This document shows, one piece after another, positions 8,350 to 17,802 of a stretch of DNA of 64,000 bases. The notes below the pieces were generated by a model that was not told the origin of the DNA, made no database searches, and saw nothing but the letters and a program-made list of their open reading frames with translations. Within the stretch, counting starts at the first letter, position 1. Each line of letters starts with the position of its first letter. Both the position numbers and the translations under genes were made by a program. Where the stretch lies: contig OZ245006.1 in NCBI GenBank assembly GCA_965223545.1, positions 3,968,001 through 4,032,000 on the forward strand. Direction: 5' to 3'. Source of the DNA: Planctomycetota bacterium (GTDB taxonomy: Bacteria > Planctomycetota > UBA1135 > UBA2386).

Positions 8350-8525
8350 GGTGTCTGAGCGAGACCGGAATCGTGAGAGAAGCAGCTGCATCTCACCGCC
8401 GACACGACCTCCAGCCAACCGCATCCCGTCGCTGCGGAGCGCAGCAGCGGAGGCGGCCAGTCCAGGCCCGTCGATGGAACAGCGATCAAACATCCAAGCT
8501 ATGGCTATATCCAAGCAGCGTCGAT

Positions 8526-8769
8526 GGGGGAGGTACCGGACCCGGTCCGCCTGGCGCTGTTAGCGAACCTGCGTAGAAAAACCACCCGGGCCGGAACGGC
8601 CGCGGCTCCCCAGAAGCCCGGTAGCACGGCGCAAAGCACAAACTTTTGTTCGATAACGGGTCGCTTGCCACCAGGTCTTGGGGGCTGAGCGGCGGAAGTC
8701 CTCGCGGACCAAAGCGCTCCGTTCGACCGGCGCTACAGGCGGGCCTCGGGGCTGGGTTGGACTCCCCCC
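8526..8769 (+). ncRNA. ssrS: 6S RNA-like long irregular hairpin RNA
   Basis: Ends pair (GGGGGAG...CTCCCCC), CCGCCTG/CAGGCGG and CGAAC/GTTCG stems, A-rich bubble (TGCGTAGAAAAACC), distal stem CCGC-GGCT-CCCCA/TGGGG-GCT-GCGG; non-coding gap; + strand terminator follows. Confidence 0.55.
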
Positions 8770-8819
8770 GAATTCGACTGCAACTGACGACTACGGCAAC
8801 CAGCGCCCGGTCGCACGTT

Positions 8820-8866
8820 GGGCAGCCACGGATTTCTCCTCCCCGTGGCTGCCCTTCTTTTGTTTT
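8820..8866 (+). terminator. Rho-independent terminator
   Basis: 12-bp perfect stem GGGCAGCCACGG/CCGTGGCTGCCC followed by TTCTTTTGTTTT. Confidence 0.85.
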
Positions 8867-8932
8867 CGGCTGCTCTTCCCGGCTTCTCGTCCCGGCGCGC
8901 TTCGGTGGACGGCGTGACCGCCGGTCTCCGCC

Positions 8933-10399
8933 TCAGGGCGCGGTCGAGGCCAGCCGCTCGGTCTCGATGTCGGCCAGCATCCGGGCGGTCACGTCGCCGG
9001 TCGGATACTCGCCGTTGAAGCACGCCATGCAGAACTCCATCGGGGCGCCCTCGTCTTCGTCCCAGCGGACGGCGTCCACCATGTCGGCGAGCTCCTGGTA
9101 GAGCAGGTGATCACAGCCGAGCTCTCGCGCCACTTCGGCCACCGCGCGTTCGCGGGCGATGAAGTCCCGGCGCGTCGACATGTCGATTCCGTAGGGGCAG
9201 GGGTACTTGAGCGGCGGTGAGTAGGACGCCAGGTAGACCTTGACCGCCCCCATCTCGCGCGCCAGCTTGACGATCTGCCGGCTGGTATGGCCGCGGACGA
9301 TCGAGTCGTCGAGGATCAGCACCCGCTTGCCCTCGAACTCGACGCGGATCGGGTTGAGCTTGTGCCGCACCGAGCGAGCACGCTCATCGTCGGACGCCAT
9401 GATGAACGTGCGCCCGACGTAGCGGTTCTTGACGAACCCCTCCCGATACTTGACGCCGAGCGCCTCGGCCATCGCCTGAGCCGCCGTGCAAGACGACTCC
9501 GGCACCGGAATGACCGCGTCGACTTCCAACCCGGTCTTGCGCCAAGCATCGGCCAGCTTCTGGCCCAGCCGCATGCGCGCGCGATAGACCGAGACGTCGT
9601 CGAGAAACGAGTCCGGTCGGGCGAAGTAGACGTACTCGAAGATGCAGGGCCGGTGCGGCGAAGTTCCCACCTGGAAGGTGTGGACGCGCTGCTCACTGTC
9701 GATCCACATCACCTCGCCGGCGCGCAGGTCGCGCTCGACCGAGTAGCCGGCGACGTCGAGCACGACCGACTCGCTCGCCACGGCGTAGAACGTGCCGGCG
9801 TCCGTCACCTTCTTGCCGACGATCGCCGGCTTGATGCCGAACGGATCGCGAAAAGCGAACATGCCGGCCCCGGCGATGGTGCCGACGACCGAGTAGGCGC
9901 CGCGCACGCGCTCGAACACCGCGGCCACCGCGTCGCGGACCAGCTCCGGTGAGACCCCGCTGTCGCTCCGGCCGCTGATCAGGGCGTCGGCAAACACGTA
10001 CAGCACGGCCTCCAGATCGCAGGCGCTGGCCATCGGCACCTCGCGCTTGGCGAAGTAGTCGCGCTTGAGCTCCTGGAAGTTGCTGACGTTGCCGTTGTGC
10101 GCCATCGCCACCCCGACCGGATACTCCAGCCAAAACGGCTGCACGTCGGTGTCCTCGCCGCGCCCCACGGTCGGGTAGCGCACGTGGCCCACGCCCATGT
10201 TCCCCTTCAGCCGCGCCAGGTGCTTCTCGGTGAAGACCTCGCGCACCAACCCCCGGCCCTTCTTGGCGTGGAACTTGGTGTCGAAGGTCACGACCCCGGC
10301 GGCGTCCTGCCCGCGGTGTTGGATGGCGAGCAGGCCGGCCAAGATCTCCGGCAGGACGTCGGTGCCCGGGGGGCCGTAGATGGAGATGAAACCGCACAT
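8933..10399 (-). CDS. purF: Amidophosphoribosyltransferase
   Basis: MCG N-terminus, QHRGQDAAG, GHVRYPT, AHNGN, RDPFGIKP, CIFEYVYFARPDS, DDSIVRG, YGIDM. Confidence 0.97.
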   Translation of the reverse strand: MCGFISIYGPPGTDVLPEILAGLLAIQHRGQDAAGVVTFDTKFHAKKGRGLVREVFTEKHLARLKGNMGVGHVRYPTVGRGEDTDVQPFWLEYPVGVAMAHNGNVSNFQELKRDYFAKREVPMASACDLEAVLYVFADALISGRSDSGVSPELVRDAVAAVFERVRGAYSVVGTIAGAGMFAFRDPFGIKPAIVGKKVTDAGTFYAVASESVVLDVAGYSVERDLRAGEVMWIDSEQRVHTFQVGTSPHRPCIFEYVYFARPDSFLDDVSVYRARMRLGQKLADAWRKTGLEVDAVIPVPESSCTAAQAMAEALGVKYREGFVKNRYVGRTFIMASDDERARSVRHKLNPIRVEFEGKRVLILDDSIVRGHTSRQIVKLAREMGAVKVYLASYSPPLKYPCPYGIDMSTRRDFIARERAVAEVARELGCDHLLYQELADMVDAVRWDEDEGAPMEFCMACFNGEYPTGDVTARMLADIETERLASTAP

Positions 10400-10508
10400 G
10401 AGAGCAGCCGCTGGGAGGAGGATGGTGCCACCGCGGCAGATCCGTGCCGCGAAGGAGCGGGGAGTTTACCATCCGCCGCTCGCATCGACCCACGCCTGCT
10501 GCCACGAC

Positions 10509-11402
10509 ATGCACGCGCTCTGCAATCTCAATGGCGAGATCACCGCCGAGGCCGAAGCCCGGATCCCGGTGCTCGACCGCGGTTTCCTGTTCGGCGACTC
10601 GATCTACGAGGTGCTGCGCACGCGACACCGAGTCCCGTTCGCCTGGCCGGAGCACTTCGAGCGGCTGCGCCGATCGGCCGACGGCATCGCCCTCGACCTG
10701 GACCTCACCGACGAGCAGATCCTGGCCCGGATCAAGGAGACCCAGCTGGCCGCCGGTGGCGATGGCGAGGCCTACGTGCGGGTGATCGTGACGCGCGGGC
10801 CGGGCAGCGCCCCCAACATCGACCTCGCCTACGCGGGAGAGCGCCCCACCTGGGTGATCCTCGTGCGCCCGCTGCCGGCCGGCGGCGGCGGCCCGGTGCG
10901 CCTGGCGCTGATCGAGCGGTTGCGCAACGACCGGCGCGCGCTGGACCCGGCGATCAAGAGCGGCAACTACCTCAACAACGTGTTGGGGCTGGCAGAGGCC
11001 AAGGCCCGCGGCGCCACCGACTGCTTGTTCCTCAATCAGGCCGGCATGGTGACCGAGGCGTCGACCGCGAACTTCTGCATCGTCGACGGCGACGCGGTGG
11101 TGACGCCGCCGCTCGCCGCCGGTCTGTTGGCCGGCACCACGCGCCGGCTGCTGGCCGAGCTGTGTCGCGAGCAGGAGATCGCCTTCGTCGAACGCGACCT
11201 GTCGCGCCAGCACCTGACCGCCGCCGATGAGATGTTCTTGACGTCGACGATGCGCGACATCGCCCCGGTCGTCGAGCTGGATGCAATCGCGGTCGGCGAC
11301 GGGCGCGCGGGGCCCCTCACGCAACGGTTGCAGCGCGCGTTCGACGAGTTCTGCGAGCGCCGGCTGCGCGAGCGCTACGCACCGGCGTACGAGCGGCTAT
11401 AG
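10509..11402 (+). CDS. Class IV PLP aminotransferase (BCAT/DAAT/ADC lyase family)
   Basis: LDRGFLFGDSIYE, HFERLRRSA, IKSGNYLNN, TEASTAN, LLAGTTR, ADEMFLTST. Confidence 0.92.
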   Translation: MHALCNLNGEITAEAEARIPVLDRGFLFGDSIYEVLRTRHRVPFAWPEHFERLRRSADGIALDLDLTDEQILARIKETQLAAGGDGEAYVRVIVTRGPGSAPNIDLAYAGERPTWVILVRPLPAGGGGPVRLALIERLRNDRRALDPAIKSGNYLNNVLGLAEAKARGATDCLFLNQAGMVTEASTANFCIVDGDAVVTPPLAAGLLAGTTRRLLAELCREQEIAFVERDLSRQHLTAADEMFLTSTMRDIAPVVELDAIAVGDGRAGPLTQRLQRAFDEFCERRLRERYAPAYERL

Positions 11403-11432
11403 GGTTTGGCCGCGCGCGGGCGGCGTCCGCCG

Positions 11433-11849
11433 TCAGTCGTCCAGTGCCTCGTCGAGGATCCGGCCGATCTCTTGCAGCGCGGCGTGGAAGCGATCGCGGT
11501 CTTCCGCCACTTCCTTGAGGTTGGACAGCATCGACTCGAAGCCGTCCAGCGACGTCGAGCCCGAGGCGCGCGTGTAGCTCTTGGCGGAAGCCGCGCGCTT
11601 GGGCATCGCCGGCTCGGACAGCGCCTGCTGCTTCTTGGCCTCGCGCTCGGCAGCGGCCTTCTTCTTCGAGCCCCGCGGCGCCACCTTGACCAGACCGAGC
11701 AGCGCCTTCGCCCGCCCGTACATGATCGGGTAGACCGTCAGCTCCCGGCGACCGGCGGATTCCTTGAGCTCCGCGTAGGACAGCGCCGGGTTGCGCCGCA
11801 GCTGCTCGACGAGGAAATCCATCGCCGGTGAAGACTTCTTCTCGGACAT
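11433..11849 (-). CDS. Small hypothetical protein with basic N-terminal part, paralog of 15747..16139; putative DNA-binding
   Basis: Shares MDFL.E.L..N...Y..LKE.A...T.YPIM.GRAK.LLGLVK.APRG with its paralog; Lys/Ala linker; C-terminal coiled coil. Confidence 0.8.
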   Translation of the reverse strand: MSEKKSSPAMDFLVEQLRRNPALSYAELKESAGRRELTVYPIMYGRAKALLGLVKVAPRGSKKKAAAEREAKKQQALSEPAMPKRAASAKSYTRASGSTSLDGFESMLSNLKEVAEDRDRFHAALQEIGRILDEALDD

Positions 11850-12006
11850 TCGAGGCTCGGGGGATGGTTCCATGGCTCGGATCGCGGGGTCGGCCCGGGC
11901 GACAGGATACCTGCGGCGGCCGAAGCCGGGTAGCGTGCTCGGATCCGCGGCGAGCGCAATAGAAAACTCGGGCGACCGGGGTCCGGCGCTGCCGCCCGTC
12001 AGCCAC

Positions 12007-13836
12007 TCACTTGGGAGCGATGACGTCGATGGACTCGCCCGGCGCCACGATGGCCGAGGCGACCGGCCGCAGGGCGGCCTGTAGCTCGAACACCTGCTCC
12101 AGCGATACGCGGCCGTCCGCGCCCGGGAAGCGCGCGCTGTCCAAGACGCGATCGAAGACCACCCGCCGCGGCGCCAAGCGCTGGACCACGGCCCGCCCCG
12201 CCGGATGCTGCGCCGACAGGATCAGCAGATCGACCGTCGCATCGCCCACCACCGCCCGCACCTGATCGGCGGTGGTCGACTCGGCCGAGTGCACGATGAT
12301 CGGCCCCTCGGGCCACTGGATGACGTAGCCGGCGGTGGGCGGCACCCGATCGCCCGCCGTCTCGCCGATGGGAGTGACGGCGAGCCCGGCCAAGTCGTAG
12401 GTCTGCCCCAGCTTGACCAGGGGCGTTGCCGACGCCGCCACTCCGGGCACGTGAAACACCTGGTGCAGCAGCACACCGCGGTTGGAGGTCGCCATCCGCA
12501 ACAGCGCTTGATCGCTCCGGCGCGTGATGTCGTGCGGACTGGTCAACAGGGCGAACTCGAGTGCTCCCCACAGCAGCTCGGCGACTCCGTCACCGGCGGG
12601 ATCGATCGCCAAGTTGACGCGCTCGCTGCGCAGCAGCCAACCGCCGCTGGGCAAACGGAAGACGCGCACTCCCTGCTCCACCGGCTCGGCGGCGCGGCGG
12701 GCCAGGGACTCGACCACGTGCCCCCAGAAGAACGGCAGACCGACCGCCGCCATGCCGGCGACCTCGCGCCGCATGCGACGCGCCACGCGGTGGTGGTACT
12801 CGAGAAAGTCGACGCGCGGGAAGCTGGCTGCGTGGTGCTCGAGCTCCTCCAGCCGCGCCAGCCGTTCTTCGCCCAGCGCCATCGCGGGCGCGGGCGAATC
12901 CGCACCGACGAACACGGGCTCGGTCTGCCGCAAGCGCTCGAAGAACCGCACCCAGAACGCCTGGCCGGGCACCGCGTCTCCGGCCTGCGGCGCGGGTGAC
13001 GGAAACTCCGGCAGCTCGTCGACGCCGTCGAGATCACCGGCCAGCATGATCGAGCCGAACAGGCCGGGGTCGATGCGCGGCCCGGTGCCGAAGGTCCAAC
13101 CGATCCGCGTCTGCGGAACGGGGTCGGTGGGTTCGTCGTAGTCGCTGACGACCACCTGCAGATCGAACACGTCGCCGCGCTGCGCGGTGCGTCCCACCGG
13201 CAGGATCTCCTTCCACGGCAAGCGGGCCTCGTACGTAGTGATGCCGCGATCGGCATCGCGCACGATCGCCGTCGAGGCGCCCTCCGCGTAGCGCGCCGTG
13301 CCGCGCAGCCGGTCCCACTGCACCACGAGCCGATCCTGGCCATCCACGTCGGCGAGCCAGAATTCGCGATCCTCCACCCGCCCCGGGTCGGCGCCGATCG
13401 CCCGCGTGTCCCGCTCCGGGTCGAATGACACCATCACGTTGTCGGCGGGCGGGATCTCCGAGAGGCGGGGCGTCTCGGCGGCGAGTCGGACGTGCCAGTC
13501 GTCGCGCACCACGATGGCGAGATACAGGTCTTCTTCGTCCCACAGCAGGAACACTCGGGCGGCGAGGTCCTGCTTGCCACGCCAGGCGCCCATCGCGGTG
13601 CCCGACAGCTGGCGGCCATCGTCCAGGACCAACGGCGGCGCCGGCGGCCAGTCCTGCAGAGCGCCGTCCACGACGATGCGGCGGTCGACGCGCTCCTTGA
13701 CCAGCGCCCGGGGCACCGCCATCGGCTCGATGCGCTGTTCGTCTTCGGGTTTCGCCGCGGGCGTTCCCTCCTGACCGGGGGCTCCGGCAGCCAACGCGGC
13801 CACCAGTCCGAATGTCGCGGGACCGGAACGGATCAT
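12007..13836 (-). CDS. Exported protein: CBM9/DOMON-like domain fused to degenerate metallo-beta-lactamase-fold domain
   Basis: Signal peptide; IVVDGALQDW, WDEEDLYLAIVVRDD, YEARLPW (CBM9-like); GWLL....LAIDP, LLTSPHD, GYVI....IVHSAES, VDLLIL (MBL-like). Confidence 0.6.
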   Translation of the reverse strand: MIRSGPATFGLVAALAAGAPGQEGTPAAKPEDEQRIEPMAVPRALVKERVDRRIVVDGALQDWPPAPPLVLDDGRQLSGTAMGAWRGKQDLAARVFLLWDEEDLYLAIVVRDDWHVRLAAETPRLSEIPPADNVMVSFDPERDTRAIGADPGRVEDREFWLADVDGQDRLVVQWDRLRGTARYAEGASTAIVRDADRGITTYEARLPWKEILPVGRTAQRGDVFDLQVVVSDYDEPTDPVPQTRIGWTFGTGPRIDPGLFGSIMLAGDLDGVDELPEFPSPAPQAGDAVPGQAFWVRFFERLRQTEPVFVGADSPAPAMALGEERLARLEELEHHAASFPRVDFLEYHHRVARRMRREVAGMAAVGLPFFWGHVVESLARRAAEPVEQGVRVFRLPSGGWLLRSERVNLAIDPAGDGVAELLWGALEFALLTSPHDITRRSDQALLRMATSNRGVLLHQVFHVPGVAASATPLVKLGQTYDLAGLAVTPIGETAGDRVPPTAGYVIQWPEGPIIVHSAESTTADQVRAVVGDATVDLLILSAQHPAGRAVVQRLAPRRVVFDRVLDSARFPGADGRVSLEQVFELQAALRPVASAIVAPGESIDVIAPK

Positions 13837-14339
13837 GACTTCTGCATTCGTCGCAAGGAGAGGTAGTTGATCACCGCGTGCGCCACGGTCACCGAGAGCA
13901 GCCCGCAGCCGAGCTCGATCATCCAACCGAACAGTATCCCGATGACCAGCGCCAACGCGCTCCACAGCCGTGTGCCCTTGGGTCCGGTGTGCAGCACTCC
14001 GAAGAGCACCGCCGTGGGCCATAGTCCGAAGGCATCCTGCATGGCGAGGCGGAACATGAACTCCTCACCGATGGCGGACGCCAGCGCCAAGACGGTGATC
14101 TGGGTCTCGGAGAGCGGCCCGATGAACTCGGCGAGTCGGGCCTGTAGCCGGGCAACCGGTGGGGAGTAACGCTCGAGGCTCCACAAAGCTCCGCTGACGC
14201 CCAGCGCCGCGGCGATTCCCCATGCCATCGACAGCAAGAGCCCGTCCGGCCCCGCCGCGCTGGGCCCGATGATGCCGGTCCGGTCGCGCAACCACAGCCA
14301 GAACCACGCCGCGGCGACGAAGCCGGCGTAGGTGATCAC
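13833..14339 (-). CDS. CPBP (CAAX protease/Abi) family intramembrane metalloprotease
   Basis: EEFMFR, FGVLH, HAVIN motifs; multiple TM helices; frame extends upstream to an in-frame CTG at 14393 preceded by AGGAGG. Confidence 0.88.
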   Translation of the reverse strand: MITYAGFVAAAWFWLWLRDRTGIIGPSAAGPDGLLLSMAWGIAAALGVSGALWSLERYSPPVARLQARLAEFIGPLSETQITVLALASAIGEEFMFRLAMQDAFGLWPTAVLFGVLHTGPKGTRLWSALALVIGILFGWMIELGCGLLSVTVAHAVINYLSLRRMQKS

Positions 14340-14380
14340 CGCGGCGACGGCCAGAACGCCCCCCGGCGGCCCGTCGTCGT

Positions 14381-15727
14381 CTACCGCAGCCAGCGCACCC
14401 TCCTGGGGGGCGCCACGATCGCCACCGGCTGCCCCACGAGATCGCCCTCGGGATAGGTGCGTCCCGTCCGCGAGTCACGACTGTCGCGGCTGTTGTCGCC
14501 CAGCAAGAACATGCCGCCCGGCGGCAACTCCAGCCAATCGCGCCCCCCCGCCGCCGGGACCCCCAACGGCTGATGGAACAGGTCGTGGAACGTCCGCAGG
14601 GCAGTGATCTCGACCCCACCGCCCGCGGCGGCGATGTGCAGGAGGTTGGGCGTGCACTTGTCGCCGAACCGGGACGGCGGCGGCCCGGCGGTCTCCAACT
14701 CCAGCGCCCAGTGGACCAACAGGGTGTCGTCCGCGATCAGGAACAAGCGGCCGTCCAGATAGCCGTACACCAGCCGAACCGGATCGGCACCGAGCGACGG
14801 ACCCCTCCCGGGCGCCGCGGCGGGGTCCGCGCCGGGCCTCCAGACCTCCCCCATCCGCCGGACCTCGACTGCGCCATCCGAGCCGTACTCGAAGGTGAAA
14901 TAGGTCTCGTGATATTCCAGCACCAGGAGCAGCCCGCGGCAGTCGGCAGCGGCGCGGATCGTGAGCTCCATTCCAATATCACGGTGTAAGGAGTAGACAC
15001 CGTCTCGTTCGCCGGCGTGGTCGAGATATGTCGTATCGACCGGCCGCGCGGTACTGAGAAACCCGGGCAGATAGCGATCCGGCGGAGCCGCGCGCCGACG
15101 GGCTTCCTGCGCGGAGGCCGTCGTGCGCTCCACCAACCCCGCTGTGCGCGGCGCGCCCGCTTCCAGCTGCACCACGCCGCGCTCGCGGTCGGCACGCCAA
15201 GAACCGGTGTCGGCGAAGTAGTCCTCGATCCGCTCGGCGCCGAGCTCGGGGTACGCGAAGTGGGTGACCCGCATGTCGTCGGCCGCCAGCGGGTCCTTGA
15301 CGTGAATCCTCAGGGTTTGGCCGGTCGCGCCGAGCTCGAGATCGCCCGCCCGGATCCGCACACAACGGAGACGATCATCGCCCCACGCCACGAGGCGTTT
15401 GACCAGGTGGCCGGCGCCGCCGTCCGCCGGGCCGCGCACCACGACCAAGTCATAGCGAGCGGGCCGGGTGAACCAGTACGCCGTCTTGTCGACGAGCACC
15501 AGGTCGCCGCCGTCGGTCGCGCCGTGGAGCAGGGGCTCCATACTGCGACTCGGGATCGTGTACCACTGACAGACGTGCGACCGCAGCAGATACGCGGTCG
15601 CGAAGCCGATGACGATTACCGGCAGCAGGAGGCGGCGTACGCGGCCGGCAGCGGGCGCGCACCGCCTGGCGGGCGGCCCGCGCCAGAGCAACTCTGCGCG
15701 GGCCGCGATCGCCGCGTGTACATCCAC
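14381..15727 (-). CDS. lepB: Signal peptidase I with large insertion
   Basis: TM helix then IPSRSMEPLL (Ser), LVKRLVA (Lys), FLLGDNSRDSRDSR box E; ~270-aa insert between boxes D and E. Confidence 0.88.
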   Translation of the reverse strand: MDVHAAIAARAELLWRGPPARRCAPAAGRVRRLLLPVIVIGFATAYLLRSHVCQWYTIPSRSMEPLLHGATDGGDLVLVDKTAYWFTRPARYDLVVVRGPADGGAGHLVKRLVAWGDDRLRCVRIRAGDLELGATGQTLRIHVKDPLAADDMRVTHFAYPELGAERIEDYFADTGSWRADRERGVVQLEAGAPRTAGLVERTTASAQEARRRAAPPDRYLPGFLSTARPVDTTYLDHAGERDGVYSLHRDIGMELTIRAAADCRGLLLVLEYHETYFTFEYGSDGAVEVRRMGEVWRPGADPAAAPGRGPSLGADPVRLVYGYLDGRLFLIADDTLLVHWALELETAGPPPSRFGDKCTPNLLHIAAAGGGVEITALRTFHDLFHQPLGVPAAGGRDWLELPPGGMFLLGDNSRDSRDSRTGRTYPEGDLVGQPVAIVAPPRRVRWLR

Positions 15728-15746
15728 AGACGAAGAGAACGGTGCC

Positions 15747-16139
15747 TCAGAGGACCCGGTCGATCATCTCTCGGACGCGCTCGAGAGTCGCGCGCAGCTG
15801 CGCGTTCTCCTTGCTGGTGGCGTTCATCATGCCCACGAGCTCCTGCACGGCGGCCGCGGCATCGCCACCACTGCTACGACGCGCGGCGGTGCGCGGCGCG
15901 TGCTTGCGCGGACGGCCGGGACCGCGCTTGGCGGCCGCCTTCTTGCGCGCCTTGCCCTGGCCCCTGGGAGCGGTCTTGACCAAGCCCAGCAGCGACTTCG
16001 CGCGGCCGAACATGATCGGATAGATCGTGACGCGCTTCTTGTCCGCCTTTTCCTTCAGATCTCTGTACTCGGCGTGCTTGTTCTTTTTGAGTTCCTCGAG
16101 GAGGAAGTCCATTCCGGCTTTGGTCTTCTTGCTAGCCAT
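15747..16139 (-). CDS. Small basic protein with AT-hook, paralog of 11433..11849; putative nucleoid-associated protein
   Basis: Very Lys/Arg rich, KRGPGRPRK AT-hook, conserved YPIMFGRAK.LLGLV core, C-terminal coiled coil. Confidence 0.8.
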   Translation of the reverse strand: MASKKTKAGMDFLLEELKKNKHAEYRDLKEKADKKRVTIYPIMFGRAKSLLGLVKTAPRGQGKARKKAAAKRGPGRPRKHAPRTAARRSSGGDAAAAVQELVGMMNATSKENAQLRATLERVREMIDRVL

Positions 16140-16662
16140 TTCGTGTTGGTTGCTCGGGTGAAAGAGGAACGCGGAGTGGAACAGAAGCGAGGACGAGCAG
16201 CAAGCAAATGCAGGTCATATGCACACAAACAGGCGGTGGATTCCGTTGCTCTTGCCGGCCTTTGCCGGTCACAGACTCGCAGGCATTGGATCACACTTGC
16301 CCCGATTACAATCGCAAGACAATCCCGCGCAAATGGACCGGCCGGGCCACCCGGGGTCGGGGCGCGGATCGGTGCTGCCGGTCGCGCGCGACGGCGCTCG
16401 ACGCGGACCCGGTACCGAGCTGCCGGGTCAGGCGGGTGCGCCGCTGCGCCCCCGCGCGAATCAGGTAAAAATGCCTCGGTCTGGCCAGCGGCGGCGGGGC
16501 CTGATCGCGCTGCGTCCTTGCCGTGCAACGGGTTCCACGAGCGTGGAAAAAAGTCCCGGAACCGCGGCGGCAACGGTGCCTTGCGCGACTCCGCCGCGGG
16601 TCGGATCATGGCTCGGCTCCAGTCGGCGCTATCCTTGCTTAGCATCGAAATTGTAGGCACTT

Positions 16663-17802
16663 ATGAAGACCACCAAGAGAGTTGAAGCGCTGCGTCGGTT
16701 GCTCGACCTGTGCGACGACCTGCGGCGCATCCGGCATCGCATGAGCGATCCCGATCTCCGTCGCGACGCACGCGCGCGGCTGCGGCGCGAGAGCGCGCGC
16801 AAGAGTGAGTCCCTTGCTCGTGATTTCGGTGCCTACCGCTACCGCGGCCCGCTCGGTCGCATGCTGCGCGAGTGCAAGCTCAACACCGAGCACTTTCAGG
16901 TGTTGGCGACGCTGCTGCAGGCCCACCTGCGTGAAGACGAGCCCGCGTGTCAGGGACGACACATTCTCTCGGCGGTGTTCGACACGTCGTTCGACGTGTT
17001 GTCCGGAGTGCATCTCTTGCACGAGACCAGCCCGCTGCGCACCAGCGGACTGGTGGTGCTCGCCTTCGACGAAGAGGAGGTGAGCGACGACGTGCTCGAG
17101 GCCAGCTTCCGACTGTCGGACGACGTGCTTTCCACATTCCGCGACGAGGTGCACGGCGGCACTCCCGAGGATCGCCGTCGGCCGCGCCGGCTCGAGTACG
17201 GCAACAACCGCGACTTCCTGCTCGACTTGCGCATTCTCCACAACCTCTACCAGCTGCGCTGCGAACGAGTTTTCAACAGCGACCGGTGGAATCGTGTCCA
17301 CAACATCAGTCGCGATCCCGGCCACGCGGTGACGCAGCGGATCGAGGCCTTCTGGGCGCGGCTCCGCACCAGGCTCGACGCCACCCCCGGCGCCGCCGAG
17401 TTCCCGGTCGTGCGTTTCATGACCGAACACGGCCTCGAGGAGGAGGAGACGGTAATCGTCGTCCACCTGCTGTTCCGCGAGCTGTACGAGGGCAACGCCT
17501 ACACCGACGCCGCGGAGCTGCTCAAGCTGGTCAGCGCGAGCGAGAGCGACCTGATTCGCAACCGCCGCCTGTTCCACAAGAGCGGCAGCCTCGTCAGCCA
17601 CGAGATCCTCGAGCTGGAGCCGATGCTGGAGTCCCGGGAGATGACCGCCGAGGTGCATCTGGCCGATTGGGCCGTCAACTCCGTGCTCGGCAACTCCGCG
17701 GCCGAGCGCGAGATCCAGCCCGACGAGCGGCTGGACTGGCACTTCTACTTGAAGAATCTCGAGGACACCGGCGCGTTCTATCGCGACCTGGACGCCAACT
17801 GA
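16663..17802 (+). CDS. Hypothetical protein with two tandem winged-helix-like modules
   Basis: Strong coding bias; internal repeat P..R...E..L.....V...LL....L..V.....D......L.....L.S...(V/L).L......A...L.D.. Confidence 0.75.
   Translation: MKTTKRVEALRRLLDLCDDLRRIRHRMSDPDLRRDARARLRRESARKSESLARDFGAYRYRGPLGRMLRECKLNTEHFQVLATLLQAHLREDEPACQGRHILSAVFDTSFDVLSGVHLLHETSPLRTSGLVVLAFDEEEVSDDVLEASFRLSDDVLSTFRDEVHGGTPEDRRRPRRLEYGNNRDFLLDLRILHNLYQLRCERVFNSDRWNRVHNISRDPGHAVTQRIEAFWARLRTRLDATPGAAEFPVVRFMTEHGLEEEETVIVVHLLFRELYEGNAYTDAAELLKLVSASESDLIRNRRLFHKSGSLVSHEILELEPMLESREMTAEVHLADWAVNSVLGNSAAEREIQPDERLDWHFYLKNLEDTGAFYRDLDAN

Noticed and set aside
8768..8820. GAATTCGAC and GCAACTGACGACTAC (ATDDY) resembling the tmRNA 5' end and tag start
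   Set aside because: No short tag ending in AA-stop, and no T-arm/acceptor CCA end; the upstream rod structure fits 6S better
12443..12458. CACGTGAAACA half-match to parS
   Set aside because: Left arm is not palindromic; explained by VFHV codons inside a CDS
16230..16290. GGCAAA...GCAAG on the minus strand suggesting a c-di-GMP-I riboswitch
   Set aside because: No GAAA tetraloop stem or GGGACGCAAAGC core
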